NCBI GenBank assembly: GCA_964638425.1
Contig: CAZWYM010000006.1
Location: forward strand, 3,054-67,053
From: an uncultured Candidatus Saccharibacteria bacterium
GTDB taxonomy: Bacteria > Patescibacteriota > Minisyncoccia > Phycocordibacterales > UBA918
DNA length: 64,000 nucleotides
Reading direction: 5' to 3'
Shown: piece by piece, positions 37,526 through 47,177 of the stretch
How the letters are laid out: every line of letters starts with the position of its first letter
How positions within the stretch are numbered: the stretch's first letter is position 1
Program-made: the position numbers and the translations under genes
The notes under the pieces: generated by a model
Told to the model about the DNA's origin: nothing
The model's database searches: none
Seen by the model: only the letters and a program-made list of their open reading frames with translations

Positions 37526-38560
37526 CTACAAACTCTTTTTATGTAGTTCAAATTTTGCATCTTTTTCATCTGATGCAACCATCATATCGACAAGACCTTG
37601 GAAAGTTGTTTTAGGAATCCAACCAAGCTTTTCCTTCGCCTTTGATGCGTCCCCGAGGAGATAGTCTACTTCTGCAGGGCGGTAGAAATTTTCTGAGATG
37701 CGTACAACCACATTCCCTTGCGCATCTTTTCCTACCTCATTCACCCCTTCTCCTTCCCATGTGATTTTCATCCCGAGTGCCTCACCTGTTGCCTCAACAA
37801 ATTCGCGCACGGATCGTGATTCTCCAGTAGCAATAACATAATCATCCGGTGTCTCCTGCTGAAGCATGAGCCACATCATCTCGACATAATCTCCTGCAAA
37901 ACCCCAATCTCGTTTTGAATCAAGGTTACCTAGTGTTACGTGTGATTGGAGACCATGTTTTACCTTTGCGAGTGAGTGGGTGATTTTTCGTGTCACAAAG
38001 TGCTTCCCTCTCCGTGGTGATTCATGATTAAAAAGAATGCCTGAAGATATGTGCATGCCATGCTTATTGCGATACCCAACAACAATATCTTCGTGAGCTT
38101 TGAGCTTTGCTTCTGCGTATGGACTTACTGGCTGAAATGGAGCAATCTCGCTTTGTGGAGGATTTGTCTTACCAAACATTTCACTTGTCGATGCTTGATA
38201 AAATCGAACGTTTTTATTTTGGCTGTATGCTGCATCAGCAACATTCTTCATTCCTTCATAGTTGATAGCAAACGCCTCTTCAGGACACTGAAATGAGATA
38301 CCTACATCTGATTGCGCTGCGAGGTTGTATACCTCGTCAGGATTCACACGTTCAATAACTCGTTCGATAGACGCCTTATCCCGCAAATCACCCATGTGTA
38401 AGGTAATATCACCATTGGATACAATCTCTTGGATACGAATAAGTGGCTCGGTGCTTGAACGACGCATGAGGCCATGTACTTCATACCCCTTCTGAAGCAA
38501 GAGCTCTGCAAGGTACGAGCCGTCTTGTCCGGTAATTCCTGTAATTAACGCTTTTTTCAT
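37526..38560 (-). CDS. gmd: GDP-mannose 4,6-dehydratase
   Basis: GITGQDG, QASTSE, YAEAK, FNHESPRRG, RDWG. Confidence 0.95.
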   Translation of the reverse strand: MKKALITGITGQDGSYLAELLLQKGYEVHGLMRRSSTEPLIRIQEIVSNGDITLHMGDLRDKASIERVIERVNPDEVYNLAAQSDVGISFQCPEEAFAINYEGMKNVADAAYSQNKNVRFYQASTSEMFGKTNPPQSEIAPFQPVSPYAEAKLKAHEDIVVGYRNKHGMHISSGILFNHESPRRGKHFVTRKITHSLAKVKHGLQSHVTLGNLDSKRDWGFAGDYVEMMWLMLQQETPDDYVIATGESRSVREFVEATGEALGMKITWEGEGVNEVGKDAQGNVVVRISENFYRPAEVDYLLGDASKAKEKLGWIPKTTFQGLVDMMVASDEKDAKFELHKKSL

Positions 38561-38583
38561 AGGCACAAATGTAACATAAAAGA

Positions 38584-39744
38584 CTACTTTTTTAAAACGC
38601 GGGGCATGGACTGAATGAGCTCATCGGTAATTAAAATTACCTGCTCAATAGTTACTTTCTCAATTTGTAACCGTGGGTCTTCCTTCAGTTCAGACTGATA
38701 GATAGATATCTTTGCAGCAAGTGACGGGACTCCGCGGTCAGGACTCTTGACAATGCGATGCTGTGGTCCTTTTGGTGGGTGCTCATTTTCATCCGTTGGT
38801 CCAATGATGGTCACTGTCGCTTTACTAAAAGCCTCAGCAACATAAATCGGCGCACTGTCGTTCGCAATTACTATATCAATCTGCGCCATGAACGCCTTGA
38901 GTTCATCAATTGAATGATGAAGACATGAGACAAGTTTCGTCTCGGGAAGGACTGCTTGTGACATGAGGAGAAATTCTTCTTTATCGCCAGGTCCACCCAC
39001 AATGAAAAGAGGTACACGGTGCTTTTGGTAGAGGTGGTCAGCAAGCTTCGCAAACCTATCTGCTGGCCATTGCTTCACCTTTGTTCCCGCACCAGGAGCA
39101 AGTGCGATGACCGTGTCCTTCCTTGGTACCACCCCCTGCTCTTTAAAGAAGAGATTGATTGACTCTTCCGCCTCTTTCGAGGAAAACAAATGCTTTCTCG
39201 TATCTTCAGAAGTAACGCCAAGAGGAGCAATGAGTTTTAAATTCTCATGTGCAAAGTTCTCTCCTGCAGTAAAAGGAATTTGTATACACAAACGCTTCAG
39301 CATGCGATAGGTCTTTGTCTCCGCTCCAGGAACAGGGGCTGAAAATGTGGCAATTGCCTTCACGTTGGCAAGGTAGCATATAGCGACCTCAAGCACCGAC
39401 GGGTTGAACAGGTATGCATAGTCGAGACGTAACCCCCGCACTGTTCGCCAAAGTGCATACGCGGAAGTTGGACACGCAATGTACTCGTGTACGTCGGGGT
39501 TATACTGAAGCGTCTCTGCATTTCTCTTTCTCCCAATAACGTACATTTCACTTTCTGGCATTGCTTCCTTAAGTGCGCGAAATACTGGTGTACAAAAAAT
39601 CATATCCCCCACATTTCCGGTAAGGTAAATAGTACCTATCCGTTTTGTGTGAGGATATACCTTGGTAGCTTTTCCTCGAAAAAGAGAAAAGAATAATGCA
39701 AGAATACTTAGTATAAGAATGCGTGTACGCGTACTTTCAATCAT
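38584..39744 (-). CDS. GT9 (heptosyltransferase-like) glycosyltransferase
   Basis: VGDMIFCTP, PGAG..KQWP, ANDSAP, IIGPT. Confidence 0.88.
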   Translation of the reverse strand: MIESTRTRILILSILALFFSLFRGKATKVYPHTKRIGTIYLTGNVGDMIFCTPVFRALKEAMPESEMYVIGRKRNAETLQYNPDVHEYIACPTSAYALWRTVRGLRLDYAYLFNPSVLEVAICYLANVKAIATFSAPVPGAETKTYRMLKRLCIQIPFTAGENFAHENLKLIAPLGVTSEDTRKHLFSSKEAEESINLFFKEQGVVPRKDTVIALAPGAGTKVKQWPADRFAKLADHLYQKHRVPLFIVGGPGDKEEFLLMSQAVLPETKLVSCLHHSIDELKAFMAQIDIVIANDSAPIYVAEAFSKATVTIIGPTDENEHPPKGPQHRIVKSPDRGVPSLAAKISIYQSELKEDPRLQIEKVTIEQVILITDELIQSMPRVLKK

Positions 39745-40766
39745 TTTGATTGCCGTTTATTTTCTTGCTCTACTAATTCGATATCCACCTTAACCATCTG
39801 AGTGACAATGTCTTCAAAGGAATACTCTGGGTACCAACCAAGCTTCTCGTGCGCCTTACTTGAATCCCCCTGGATAAAATTAACCTCGGTCGGACGATAA
39901 AATGAGGGATTCACTTTTACAACTATGTTCCCTGTCTTTTTGTTACGACCGATTTCATCTATCCCCTCTCCTTCCCACTCAATACCGATATCAAGATTTT
40001 TTCCAGCGATTTCAACAAATTCACGAACCGAATGCGCAACACCGCTCGCAATTGCGTAATCTTCTGGTGTCTCTTGTTGCAACATGAGGTACATCGCGCG
40101 TACGTAATCTTCTGCATGTCCCCAATCCCGTACAGCATTCAGGTTCCCGAGCTCAAGGACATCTTGAAGTCCTGTAGCAATTCGTGCGAGTGATGACGTT
40201 ATCTTCCTCGTTACGTATTGCGTTCCGCGGAGTGGTGACTCATGATTAAAGAGAATACCTGAAACGGTATACGCACCTTCTCCTCTCTTCGCGACAATAA
40301 AATCTTCATGCGCCTTTGCTTTTGATTCGGCATACGGACTCTGGGGGCTAAAAGGAGTCATCTCATTTTGTGGGGCGGGAACATTACCAAACATTTCACT
40401 CGTCGAAGCTTGATAGATTCGAACAGACGGATTATATAGAAGGGCTTCAGTAACAAGGTTCCCTACCGCATCATAATTCACCGCCCATGTTTCGTCTGGT
40501 TGGGTAAATGACATTGCTACCGATGACTGTGCTGCGAGATTATATATTTCGTCTGGTTGTATCTCACTGAGTATTTGAGCTACACGAACAAAGTCTGTTA
40601 GAGACCCTTCATGGAGTGTAATTTTCTGACTGAGGCGCGCCACTGAAGGAGCGCTCTTCGTTCGGACGAGTCCGTGCACTTCATACCCTTTTTGGAGTAA
40701 AAGCTCTGAGAGATAATACCCATCCTGACCAGCAATGCCTGTAATGAATGCCTTTTTTGGTGCCAT
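39741..40766 (-). CDS. gmd: GDP-mannose 4,6-dehydratase (second canonical copy)
   Basis: GIAGQDG, QASTSE, YAESK, FNHESP, RDWG. Confidence 0.92.
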   Translation of the reverse strand: MAPKKAFITGIAGQDGYYLSELLLQKGYEVHGLVRTKSAPSVARLSQKITLHEGSLTDFVRVAQILSEIQPDEIYNLAAQSSVAMSFTQPDETWAVNYDAVGNLVTEALLYNPSVRIYQASTSEMFGNVPAPQNEMTPFSPQSPYAESKAKAHEDFIVAKRGEGAYTVSGILFNHESPLRGTQYVTRKITSSLARIATGLQDVLELGNLNAVRDWGHAEDYVRAMYLMLQQETPEDYAIASGVAHSVREFVEIAGKNLDIGIEWEGEGIDEIGRNKKTGNIVVKVNPSFYRPTEVNFIQGDSSKAHEKLGWYPEYSFEDIVTQMVKVDIELVEQENKRQSK

Positions 40767-40780
40767 ATACATAGACTATA

Positions 40781-41875
40781 CTATGACGCCTTTTGGATTG
40801 CATCATTCGAAAAAAGAGTACTCCATTCTTCGCCTGACTTTTCCCAACTGAAGCGTGCGCACTGCTCAGCTGCTGACTTTTTAAATGCTTCTCTATCATA
40901 TGTACCCTCTGCAATTTGCTTCATTGCTTCAGCAATTTCTTGTGGGTAGTGTGGGTCAACGAGGAGTCCTGCGTCTCCAAGGACTTCGCGTGTACTCGTT
41001 GTACTTGAGGTAATAGCAACAGCACCATAATTCAGCGCCTCGAGAATTGGAAGTCCAAACCCCTCAAGAAGGCTCGGGTAGACGAGTGCGGTGGTTGTTG
41101 CGTAGAGAGACTTGAGCTCTTCATCATCTACATTAGTTTTTAGGAGAATGGAGTCTTTGTACTCAGACCCTGAAATGAGCGTCATGACCTTTTCTTCGTA
41201 ATCTCCTTTTGTCTTCCTCCCGACAAGATAGAGTTCATGCGTGAAGTTTGTAGACTGCCGAAATGCTATGTACGCTTCGACAATGCGAAAGACATTTTTT
41301 CGCTCTTTCATTGGACCAACATACATAAAGAACGGCTTCGCTGTGGTTTGTGCAACAACCTCAGACGAAGCGTCAAAAGTTTTAAATCCTGGATATATGA
41401 CTGTTACCTGTTCTGGTTTAATAGAAAAATGATCGACGAGGTCGTCTTTCGATGCTTGTGAAATCACGACGACATGGCGTGCGGATTGCATCATACACTT
41501 CCTCCACCATACAAGAACCTTTCTCTGTATGCGTCCATATACTGTCTGTGAACCGAAGTAAAAATATGCAGCATCAAAGAACACGATGATGCTCTTCTTC
41601 CACAGAAAGAGCGGAGCTGATTCTGTAAAGAATACAAATGCGTCACACTTCTTGTACCACGGCAAAAGCGCGAGGTTCCAAAAAAATGCCTTAGGTAAAT
41701 TAACGACGCGTACATGTGATGGGAGTGAAGATGTGTCAGGATCCCCTTTCACAAACACGGTAAAGTCTACATCGCCATTACCTGAAGTGAGAATGGCGTT
41801 TGTTGTTTCATATATATATTGTTCAAGACCCTTTGATGAATCTCCAAACGGATGTAATACGATTCCAATATGCAT
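40781..41875 (-). CDS. GT4 glycosyltransferase
   Basis: ERKN, PSLLEGFGLPILEA. Confidence 0.93.
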   Translation of the reverse strand: MHIGIVLHPFGDSSKGLEQYIYETTNAILTSGNGDVDFTVFVKGDPDTSSLPSHVRVVNLPKAFFWNLALLPWYKKCDAFVFFTESAPLFLWKKSIIVFFDAAYFYFGSQTVYGRIQRKVLVWWRKCMMQSARHVVVISQASKDDLVDHFSIKPEQVTVIYPGFKTFDASSEVVAQTTAKPFFMYVGPMKERKNVFRIVEAYIAFRQSTNFTHELYLVGRKTKGDYEEKVMTLISGSEYKDSILLKTNVDDEELKSLYATTTALVYPSLLEGFGLPILEALNYGAVAITSSTTSTREVLGDAGLLVDPHYPQEIAEAMKQIAEGTYDREAFKKSAAEQCARFSWEKSGEEWSTLFSNDAIQKAS

Positions 41876-41956
41876 ACTTTTAAGTATTAATTACTGTTAC
41901 ATACTAGCATGACAGATTAAACCCAACCTTAGTATATTTCGTTCCTAAACAAGGTA

Positions 41957-41984
41957 TTGACATTTAATTTTTAAGTGTTAAAAT
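41957..41984 (+). promoter_or_regulatory. Sigma70-type promoter for the Dabb gene pair
   Basis: TTGACA-16 nt-TAAAAT with TG extension; SD GAGGAG before ATG 42041. Confidence 0.7.
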
Positions 41985-42040
41985 TTATTTAGGTATGTTC
42001 TGGGCAGTTTCGCCCTGTTTAAACTAAGAGGAGTGGTTGG

Positions 42041-42385
42041 ATGAAAAACGTACTAGTACATATGGTAATGATTCAGTTTCGAAATGACGTTTCGGAAGAA
42101 CAAAAAGCCAAAATTTTACAGCAGTACAGTAGCATCGCAGAAGATTGTGGCGGAAAAGAAGCGGGTATTCTTTTCTTTACGACCAAACCAAATCTTGACC
42201 AAAGAAAAAACTGGCATTTTGCAGAATTTGCCCTCTTTTCAGGTCCTGAAGCTCTTGAAGCTTTTCGTATTCATCCTAAACATAAAGAAATTACGGATGT
42301 CTTGCGAGATACTGCAGACTGGGTGGTCGGCGATCTCTTGGCCGACGCAAGAGAAATTGGGTCGGCTCTAATTGAATTAAAATAA
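42041..42385 (+). CDS. Dabb family stress-responsive A/B barrel protein
   Basis: HMVMIQF...ALEAFRIHPKH. Confidence 0.85.
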   Translation: MKNVLVHMVMIQFRNDVSEEQKAKILQQYSSIAEDCGGKEAGILFFTTKPNLDQRKNWHFAEFALFSGPEALEAFRIHPKHKEITDVLRDTADWVVGDLLADAREIGSALIELK

Positions 42386-42427
42386 TTTACACGCTTAATT
42401 ATTTTAGATTTATTCAAGGAGACGAAA

Positions 42428-42688
42428 ATGGTATATGGTGATCATGAAATCATATATAAAGAAAGTGGGAGTCGGTCAGTTGAAATAGACGGGCTTGAAA
42501 TTAAGCTTTCTGTCGGAGAACGTACATCAGATGGGTCGGGTAATACATTCGAAGTGGTGTATGTATCAGCAGATTCTGATTCAGCGATAATTATAGGCAC
42601 TGCTTGCACAGAAAGTAGTAACTATAGTAAAAAATTTATCGTTGAGAGTGTAAATAATTATACGGACGGTTGGACTTCTGCGATGTAA
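42428..42688 (+). CDS. Hypothetical protein (86 aa)
   Basis: SD AAGGAG upstream; followed by a terminator. Confidence 0.6.
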   Translation: MVYGDHEIIYKESGSRSVEIDGLEIKLSVGERTSDGSGNTFEVVYVSADSDSAIIIGTACTESSNYSKKFIVESVNNYTDGWTSAM

Positions 42689-42695
42689 GCAGCTA

Positions 42696-42725
42696 AAGAC
42701 CTCATGCAAGTATGCATGAGGTCTT
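42696..42725. terminator. Bidirectional terminator hairpin
   Basis: aagacctcatgca-agta-tgcatgaggtctt between convergent genes. Confidence 0.8.
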
Positions 42726-43332
42726 ATTTTATTACCTCAAGTTCCCACATCACTATCTTCATAGGAAACAAGAGCGAGAGATGTGCATCGTAAAACTTTG
42801 GATACCTCGTGATAAACCACTTAAACAAACGTACAACTGGGTTCCGTGATGTTTGTGGCCATCCAAACCAAAATCCCTTTTCTAAAAAATACTTGTTCGT
42901 GTACTCATAGTTCGCAAGTTTCTTGCCCTGTATGTAGTAATCGAGTGACTGAGAAGTAAAGAAATGTTTATGCGTAGAATCGGTAAACGCATCTGGTGAA
43001 CGAAAATACGGAACGGTGATAACGATTCTCCCTTGTGGTTTCAGTATTCGCCACATCTCCTCCATAACAAGGACTTGCTTATCAAGATGCTCGAAAACAT
43101 TGTGCGCGAAGATGAAATCGAACTCATTGTCTTGAAATGGCCACGGCAAAACATCGAGGTCGTGAACAGTATCGACCCCGGGAAGATTGAGAACATCAAT
43201 CGTTACTGCACCAGGAAGACCCTTCTTCCCTGGGCCAATGTGGAGTGCTCGCTCACCATGCGTAAAGAGATTCTCCTTCGTCATCCCCTTTTTGGTATAT
43301 ATTTTTTGGGCGTATGTCTCACTGCTCGTCAT
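42724..43332 (-). CDS. Methyltransferase type 11-like
   Basis: LHIGPG, HNVFEHL, RILKPQG; paralogue of 22158-22736. Confidence 0.85.
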   Translation of the reverse strand: MTSSETYAQKIYTKKGMTKENLFTHGERALHIGPGKKGLPGAVTIDVLNLPGVDTVHDLDVLPWPFQDNEFDFIFAHNVFEHLDKQVLVMEEMWRILKPQGRIVITVPYFRSPDAFTDSTHKHFFTSQSLDYYIQGKKLANYEYTNKYFLEKGFWFGWPQTSRNPVVRLFKWFITRYPKFYDAHLSLLFPMKIVMWELEVIK

Positions 43333-43344
43333 ATATATGTTTGA

Positions 43345-44505
43345 TTACTGAATTTGTTCTAGTATATGCGTAACAATTGCTTTTGTCCTCTTTTCCCATG
43401 TAAACTCCAAAACACGCGTACGTGCATTATGTGAAAGACGAACTGCTTCCTCCGTATCTCTAAGGATACGTTCTATAACTTCAGCAAGTGACTCATGGTT
43501 GTCCGCCTCAAAAAAGACTGCCGTTTTCTCGTCGAGAACCTCAAGGAGTGACGGGACGTTTGATGCGATAATTGGGTGCTCACTTGCCATATATTCAAAG
43601 AGCTTCATTGGTGAGGTGTAGAGATTGCTATATGTGTACTTTGATGAGTCAGGGAGCACAAACGCATCCGCTCCGGCAAGATATTTTGGTACAGCTACAT
43701 GGTCTACTCTTCCTATGATAGAAATATTTTCTACCTGCCCATACTTTTCACGAAAAGAAGTCACCTGCTCATCAGTACCTCCAAGAAATACTATTTGTGT
43801 ATTTTCTCCGACACGTGGTGCTGCTTGTGCGAGTGTATCGACTCCCTTCTCCGGTGCGAGTGTTCCCGAGTATAAGACAATCTTTTTTGTTGGAGCGATT
43901 CCATGCTCAGTCCAAATATTTTTATCAGGTGTGACTGACTCAAATTTTTTCACATCAACCGCATCTCGAGCCACAAGGATTTTTTGTGCAATGAGACCGT
44001 ATGCTTCCACAAATTTATTTTTTAACCCCTCAGTGATAACGACAACCCCCCGGACTCGTCTGAGCGCAATTTTATAGAGGTACTCATAATTTCGAATTTG
44101 GTGCGTCTCAAAAAAAATAGGAACGATATATGTGAGTGGTATGAGTGCAAGAACTGTTTCTCCGCGCACGTACACCACAAGCTTCTCTCCTCGTACACGT
44201 GCACCTACTACCTTTATGAGTATGTAGAGGGCGGTCAGTATAAAAAATGACGCATTGCGAAAGAAATACCGAAACGGCAACATTGGAATGTCGAGGGTAA
44301 AGAGTTGTATATGTTTGAACGATTGAGCAAGGTGATAGTACTGTGAGAGTGACTTGGTTTCAGTCTTTGGTCTTCGCGTTACCAAGGTAACGTTAACCCC
44401 GCTCGAAGCAAGCCCTTCACACGTATGCGCTATTTGAACACCATTTGCCCGCTCGTTCGGTAACGGGACATTCGCGAAATATACTAATGAAATCTTTTTG
44501 TCCAT
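43345..44505 (-). CDS. GT4 glycosyltransferase
   Basis: YSGTL..EKG, SPMKLFEYMA. Confidence 0.92.
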   Translation of the reverse strand: MDKKISLVYFANVPLPNERANGVQIAHTCEGLASSGVNVTLVTRRPKTETKSLSQYYHLAQSFKHIQLFTLDIPMLPFRYFFRNASFFILTALYILIKVVGARVRGEKLVVYVRGETVLALIPLTYIVPIFFETHQIRNYEYLYKIALRRVRGVVVITEGLKNKFVEAYGLIAQKILVARDAVDVKKFESVTPDKNIWTEHGIAPTKKIVLYSGTLAPEKGVDTLAQAAPRVGENTQIVFLGGTDEQVTSFREKYGQVENISIIGRVDHVAVPKYLAGADAFVLPDSSKYTYSNLYTSPMKLFEYMASEHPIIASNVPSLLEVLDEKTAVFFEADNHESLAEVIERILRDTEEAVRLSHNARTRVLEFTWEKRTKAIVTHILEQIQ

Positions 44506-44510
44506 AAATA

Positions 44511-46337
44511 TTAATGTGGTGCGGTAATACTAAATCTTCGCGCCCAAATTTGGAATACGATGACTGACCACAGGGGTGCAAGGTGGTACTCGGTGCGTGC
44601 TCGATGCGCCTCATACATTCGCCCTATTTCAGGCCAATTAAAGAGGTGTGCAGTCTCAGGGTAGTACGTAGGGCTAAGTACGGTACTAATATACTCCGCA
44701 ACTTCAGGTCGCCTGAGCCACTTTGCCCCGGGACTTATCCATCCGCGCTTCGGCTGATTGAGAACGTGTGCAGGAAGTCTTCCTTTAAGTGAATCCTTAA
44801 AGACCTTCTTAGTGTCAAAGAAGGTTGTCTTATAGGTAGAAGGAATTGTCCGCGAGAGAATGGCAAAATCAATATCAAGAAGTGGCACACGTTGCTCAAG
44901 TCCATGTGCCATGGACATTTTGTCACTGCGGAGCAACGACTCATCAACGAGCCACGAATTGAGGTCTGCTTGCATCATGTCATCAAGAAATGTTGCTGAG
45001 GTGGTGTTGCTGAAATAGTGTTCTTTGAAGTAAGTATCAGTGTCTGTCGAATGTGGTGTAGCAAGAATACGCGACAAGATATCATCCTTTTGTGAAAGAA
45101 AAAGGAGGTACCGCTCTGACCATGAGTTGACGTTTGCTTTACGTACACGCAGAGGAGCAATCTCCCGTAGCATTTTGGGGAGATGCCAATATGGCAAGAG
45201 GCGCTTCGCAAAACCATGACGCTTGTATCCACCGAATAATTCATCCCCTCCATCTCCACCAAGAACAACGGATACTTCTTTCTTTGCATACTCAGCGAGC
45301 TTGAGTTGAGCAAGTGTCGTGAGGTTGGCCACAGGTTCATCCATGTGCCATACCGATTCTTCTATGAGTGAAACGACATCCTCGCTCTTCAGCATATGTC
45401 CATGGTGACGCGTCCCATAATGTCGAGCGGTCATTTCTGCCATTTCGAAATCGGCGTTAAACTTTCCCGCCTCTTCCCCTGCTTCCAAATCAAAACCAAT
45501 AGAGAAGGTATCAATAGCTCCATGTACACGCGAGACAGCATCAACAACTGCTGTCGAATCAATCCCGCCCGAAAGGTACACCCCAACTGGCACGTCGGCG
45601 ATGAGTTGTCGTTTCACCGATGTATCAAGTGCGTCGCGCACACGCTCATGTATCTGTGAGAGAGATGCACTTGTCGAAAGTGATGCTTGAGGGAGTGTGT
45701 AATACGGAGAGGTGGTAACCACTCCATTTTTAAATACGAGTGTATACCCCGGAAGAAGGCGCTTGATACCAGCAAACAATGTGTCCTCGCCCGGCGTATA
45801 GAGGAGGCGCATGTAGTGCGAAAATGCAGTTGCGTTCATCACTCGTGGGATATCTGATTCAAGGATTGCTTTTATTTCGGAAGAAAAAATAAACTTCCCT
45901 GCATGCATCGTGTAATAGAGTGGCTTAACTCCAAATTGATCTCGCGCGAGAAACAGTTCTTTCTTTTCTGCATCCCAAATTGCAAAGGCAAAAATCCCAT
46001 TAAATCTATTCACACATGCACTACCCCAAGCACGATATGCATTGAGAAGCACCTCTGTGTCCCCTTCTGTCTTGTACGTGTACTCGCTGAGCTCACTTTT
46101 TAATTCTTTGAAGTTGTAGAGTTCACCGTTGTACACAATCGTATAGCGTCCATCATCACTCACGAATGGTTGATTCGCGATTTCACGCACGTCGATAATA
46201 CTCAAACGATTGTGTCCGAGTGTCACTCCCTCTAATTCAGAGATATGAGAACCATCTGGACCTCGGTGCTTTGTCACGAAGTTCATGCGTTCGACGAGTT
46301 CTTTATTTTGTTGTGTTATGCCGTTAATTCCGCACAT
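44511..46337 (-). CDS. asnB: Second asparagine synthase-like amidotransferase
   Basis: MCGING, HRGPD, NGELYN, LSGGIDS, GDGGDE. Confidence 0.93.
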   Translation of the reverse strand: MCGINGITQQNKELVERMNFVTKHRGPDGSHISELEGVTLGHNRLSIIDVREIANQPFVSDDGRYTIVYNGELYNFKELKSELSEYTYKTEGDTEVLLNAYRAWGSACVNRFNGIFAFAIWDAEKKELFLARDQFGVKPLYYTMHAGKFIFSSEIKAILESDIPRVMNATAFSHYMRLLYTPGEDTLFAGIKRLLPGYTLVFKNGVVTTSPYYTLPQASLSTSASLSQIHERVRDALDTSVKRQLIADVPVGVYLSGGIDSTAVVDAVSRVHGAIDTFSIGFDLEAGEEAGKFNADFEMAEMTARHYGTRHHGHMLKSEDVVSLIEESVWHMDEPVANLTTLAQLKLAEYAKKEVSVVLGGDGGDELFGGYKRHGFAKRLLPYWHLPKMLREIAPLRVRKANVNSWSERYLLFLSQKDDILSRILATPHSTDTDTYFKEHYFSNTTSATFLDDMMQADLNSWLVDESLLRSDKMSMAHGLEQRVPLLDIDFAILSRTIPSTYKTTFFDTKKVFKDSLKGRLPAHVLNQPKRGWISPGAKWLRRPEVAEYISTVLSPTYYPETAHLFNWPEIGRMYEAHRARTEYHLAPLWSVIVFQIWARRFSITAPH

Positions 46338-46376
46338 AGGATATCTGTATAACTCCGGTCAATGGTGAAAAGTATT

Positions 46377-47177
46377 TTATGAAAATGTTCGGAGTAGTCG
46401 TCGCGCTCCCGCAAAGACATCATACCCTCCTTTAAGCCAAAGCGTAATGGACGCTAGACTTTGGTTTTTTTCGAATAATGTTCGTGGTATGTGCTTTGAG
46501 AGCTCACCCACAAACGATGACTCTGCTGTATACACGAAGGTGTACCCTTCTTTACGAATGAGTTCCTCAGTTCCCTTTGAATAATCTCTTACTGTTCCAA
46601 ATGGGTATGCAAAGTCCACTATCGGTAACTGAAGGACTTCGGAAAGCCGCTCTTTATCTTTGCGTACCTCGCCCTCTATTTCCTCTTGCTTGAGCGCTGT
46701 TAGGTGTGGGTGGTTCGTGGTGTGTCCTCCAATTGTATGCCCTGCATCCACGAGGGTGCGTGCACCGTCCCATGTCAGGAGAGTTTTCGGAGAAAGTTGT
46801 AACGTATCCTTCACGTACGCGTCGTGGAGTACCCCATCGAGCGGACCGGTATTAAGAAAGAAAATTGCACGAACATCATACTTTTCTAAAATCGGGAGAC
46901 AGATACGTGTCCATGACTCATACCCATCATCAAACGTTAGGAGGACATTGTTCACACCATTCTTAAAATCTCTCACGTGAAACTGTGTCGGAGAAATTAC
47001 TCGTGTTGTTGTTACTAAGAGTTTAATAACAGACTCAAACCATTCTGCATTTTCAACATCATGAAACGCGACGACGCGTACGAGTGGACCCCGGTACCCC
47101 ACCCACAGCCGATACAAAAACACTATCCCTAAAAATGAAATACAGTAAATAAAAATGTTGCGGAAAGTATGCTTCAT
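46377..47177 (-). CDS. Polysaccharide deacetylase (CE4/NodB)
   Basis: TFDDG, HTTNH, FAYPFG. Confidence 0.9.
   Translation of the reverse strand: MKHTFRNIFIYCISFLGIVFLYRLWVGYRGPLVRVVAFHDVENAEWFESVIKLLVTTTRVISPTQFHVRDFKNGVNNVLLTFDDGYESWTRICLPILEKYDVRAIFFLNTGPLDGVLHDAYVKDTLQLSPKTLLTWDGARTLVDAGHTIGGHTTNHPHLTALKQEEIEGEVRKDKERLSEVLQLPIVDFAYPFGTVRDYSKGTEELIRKEGYTFVYTAESSFVGELSKHIPRTLFEKNQSLASITLWLKGGYDVFAGARRLLRTFS

Noticed and set aside
29682-39744. Classical LPS core biosynthesis (kdsA, kdsB, GT9)
   Set aside because: No lpx, waaA, kdsC, kdsD or gmh genes were recognised, and the key motifs are non-canonical.
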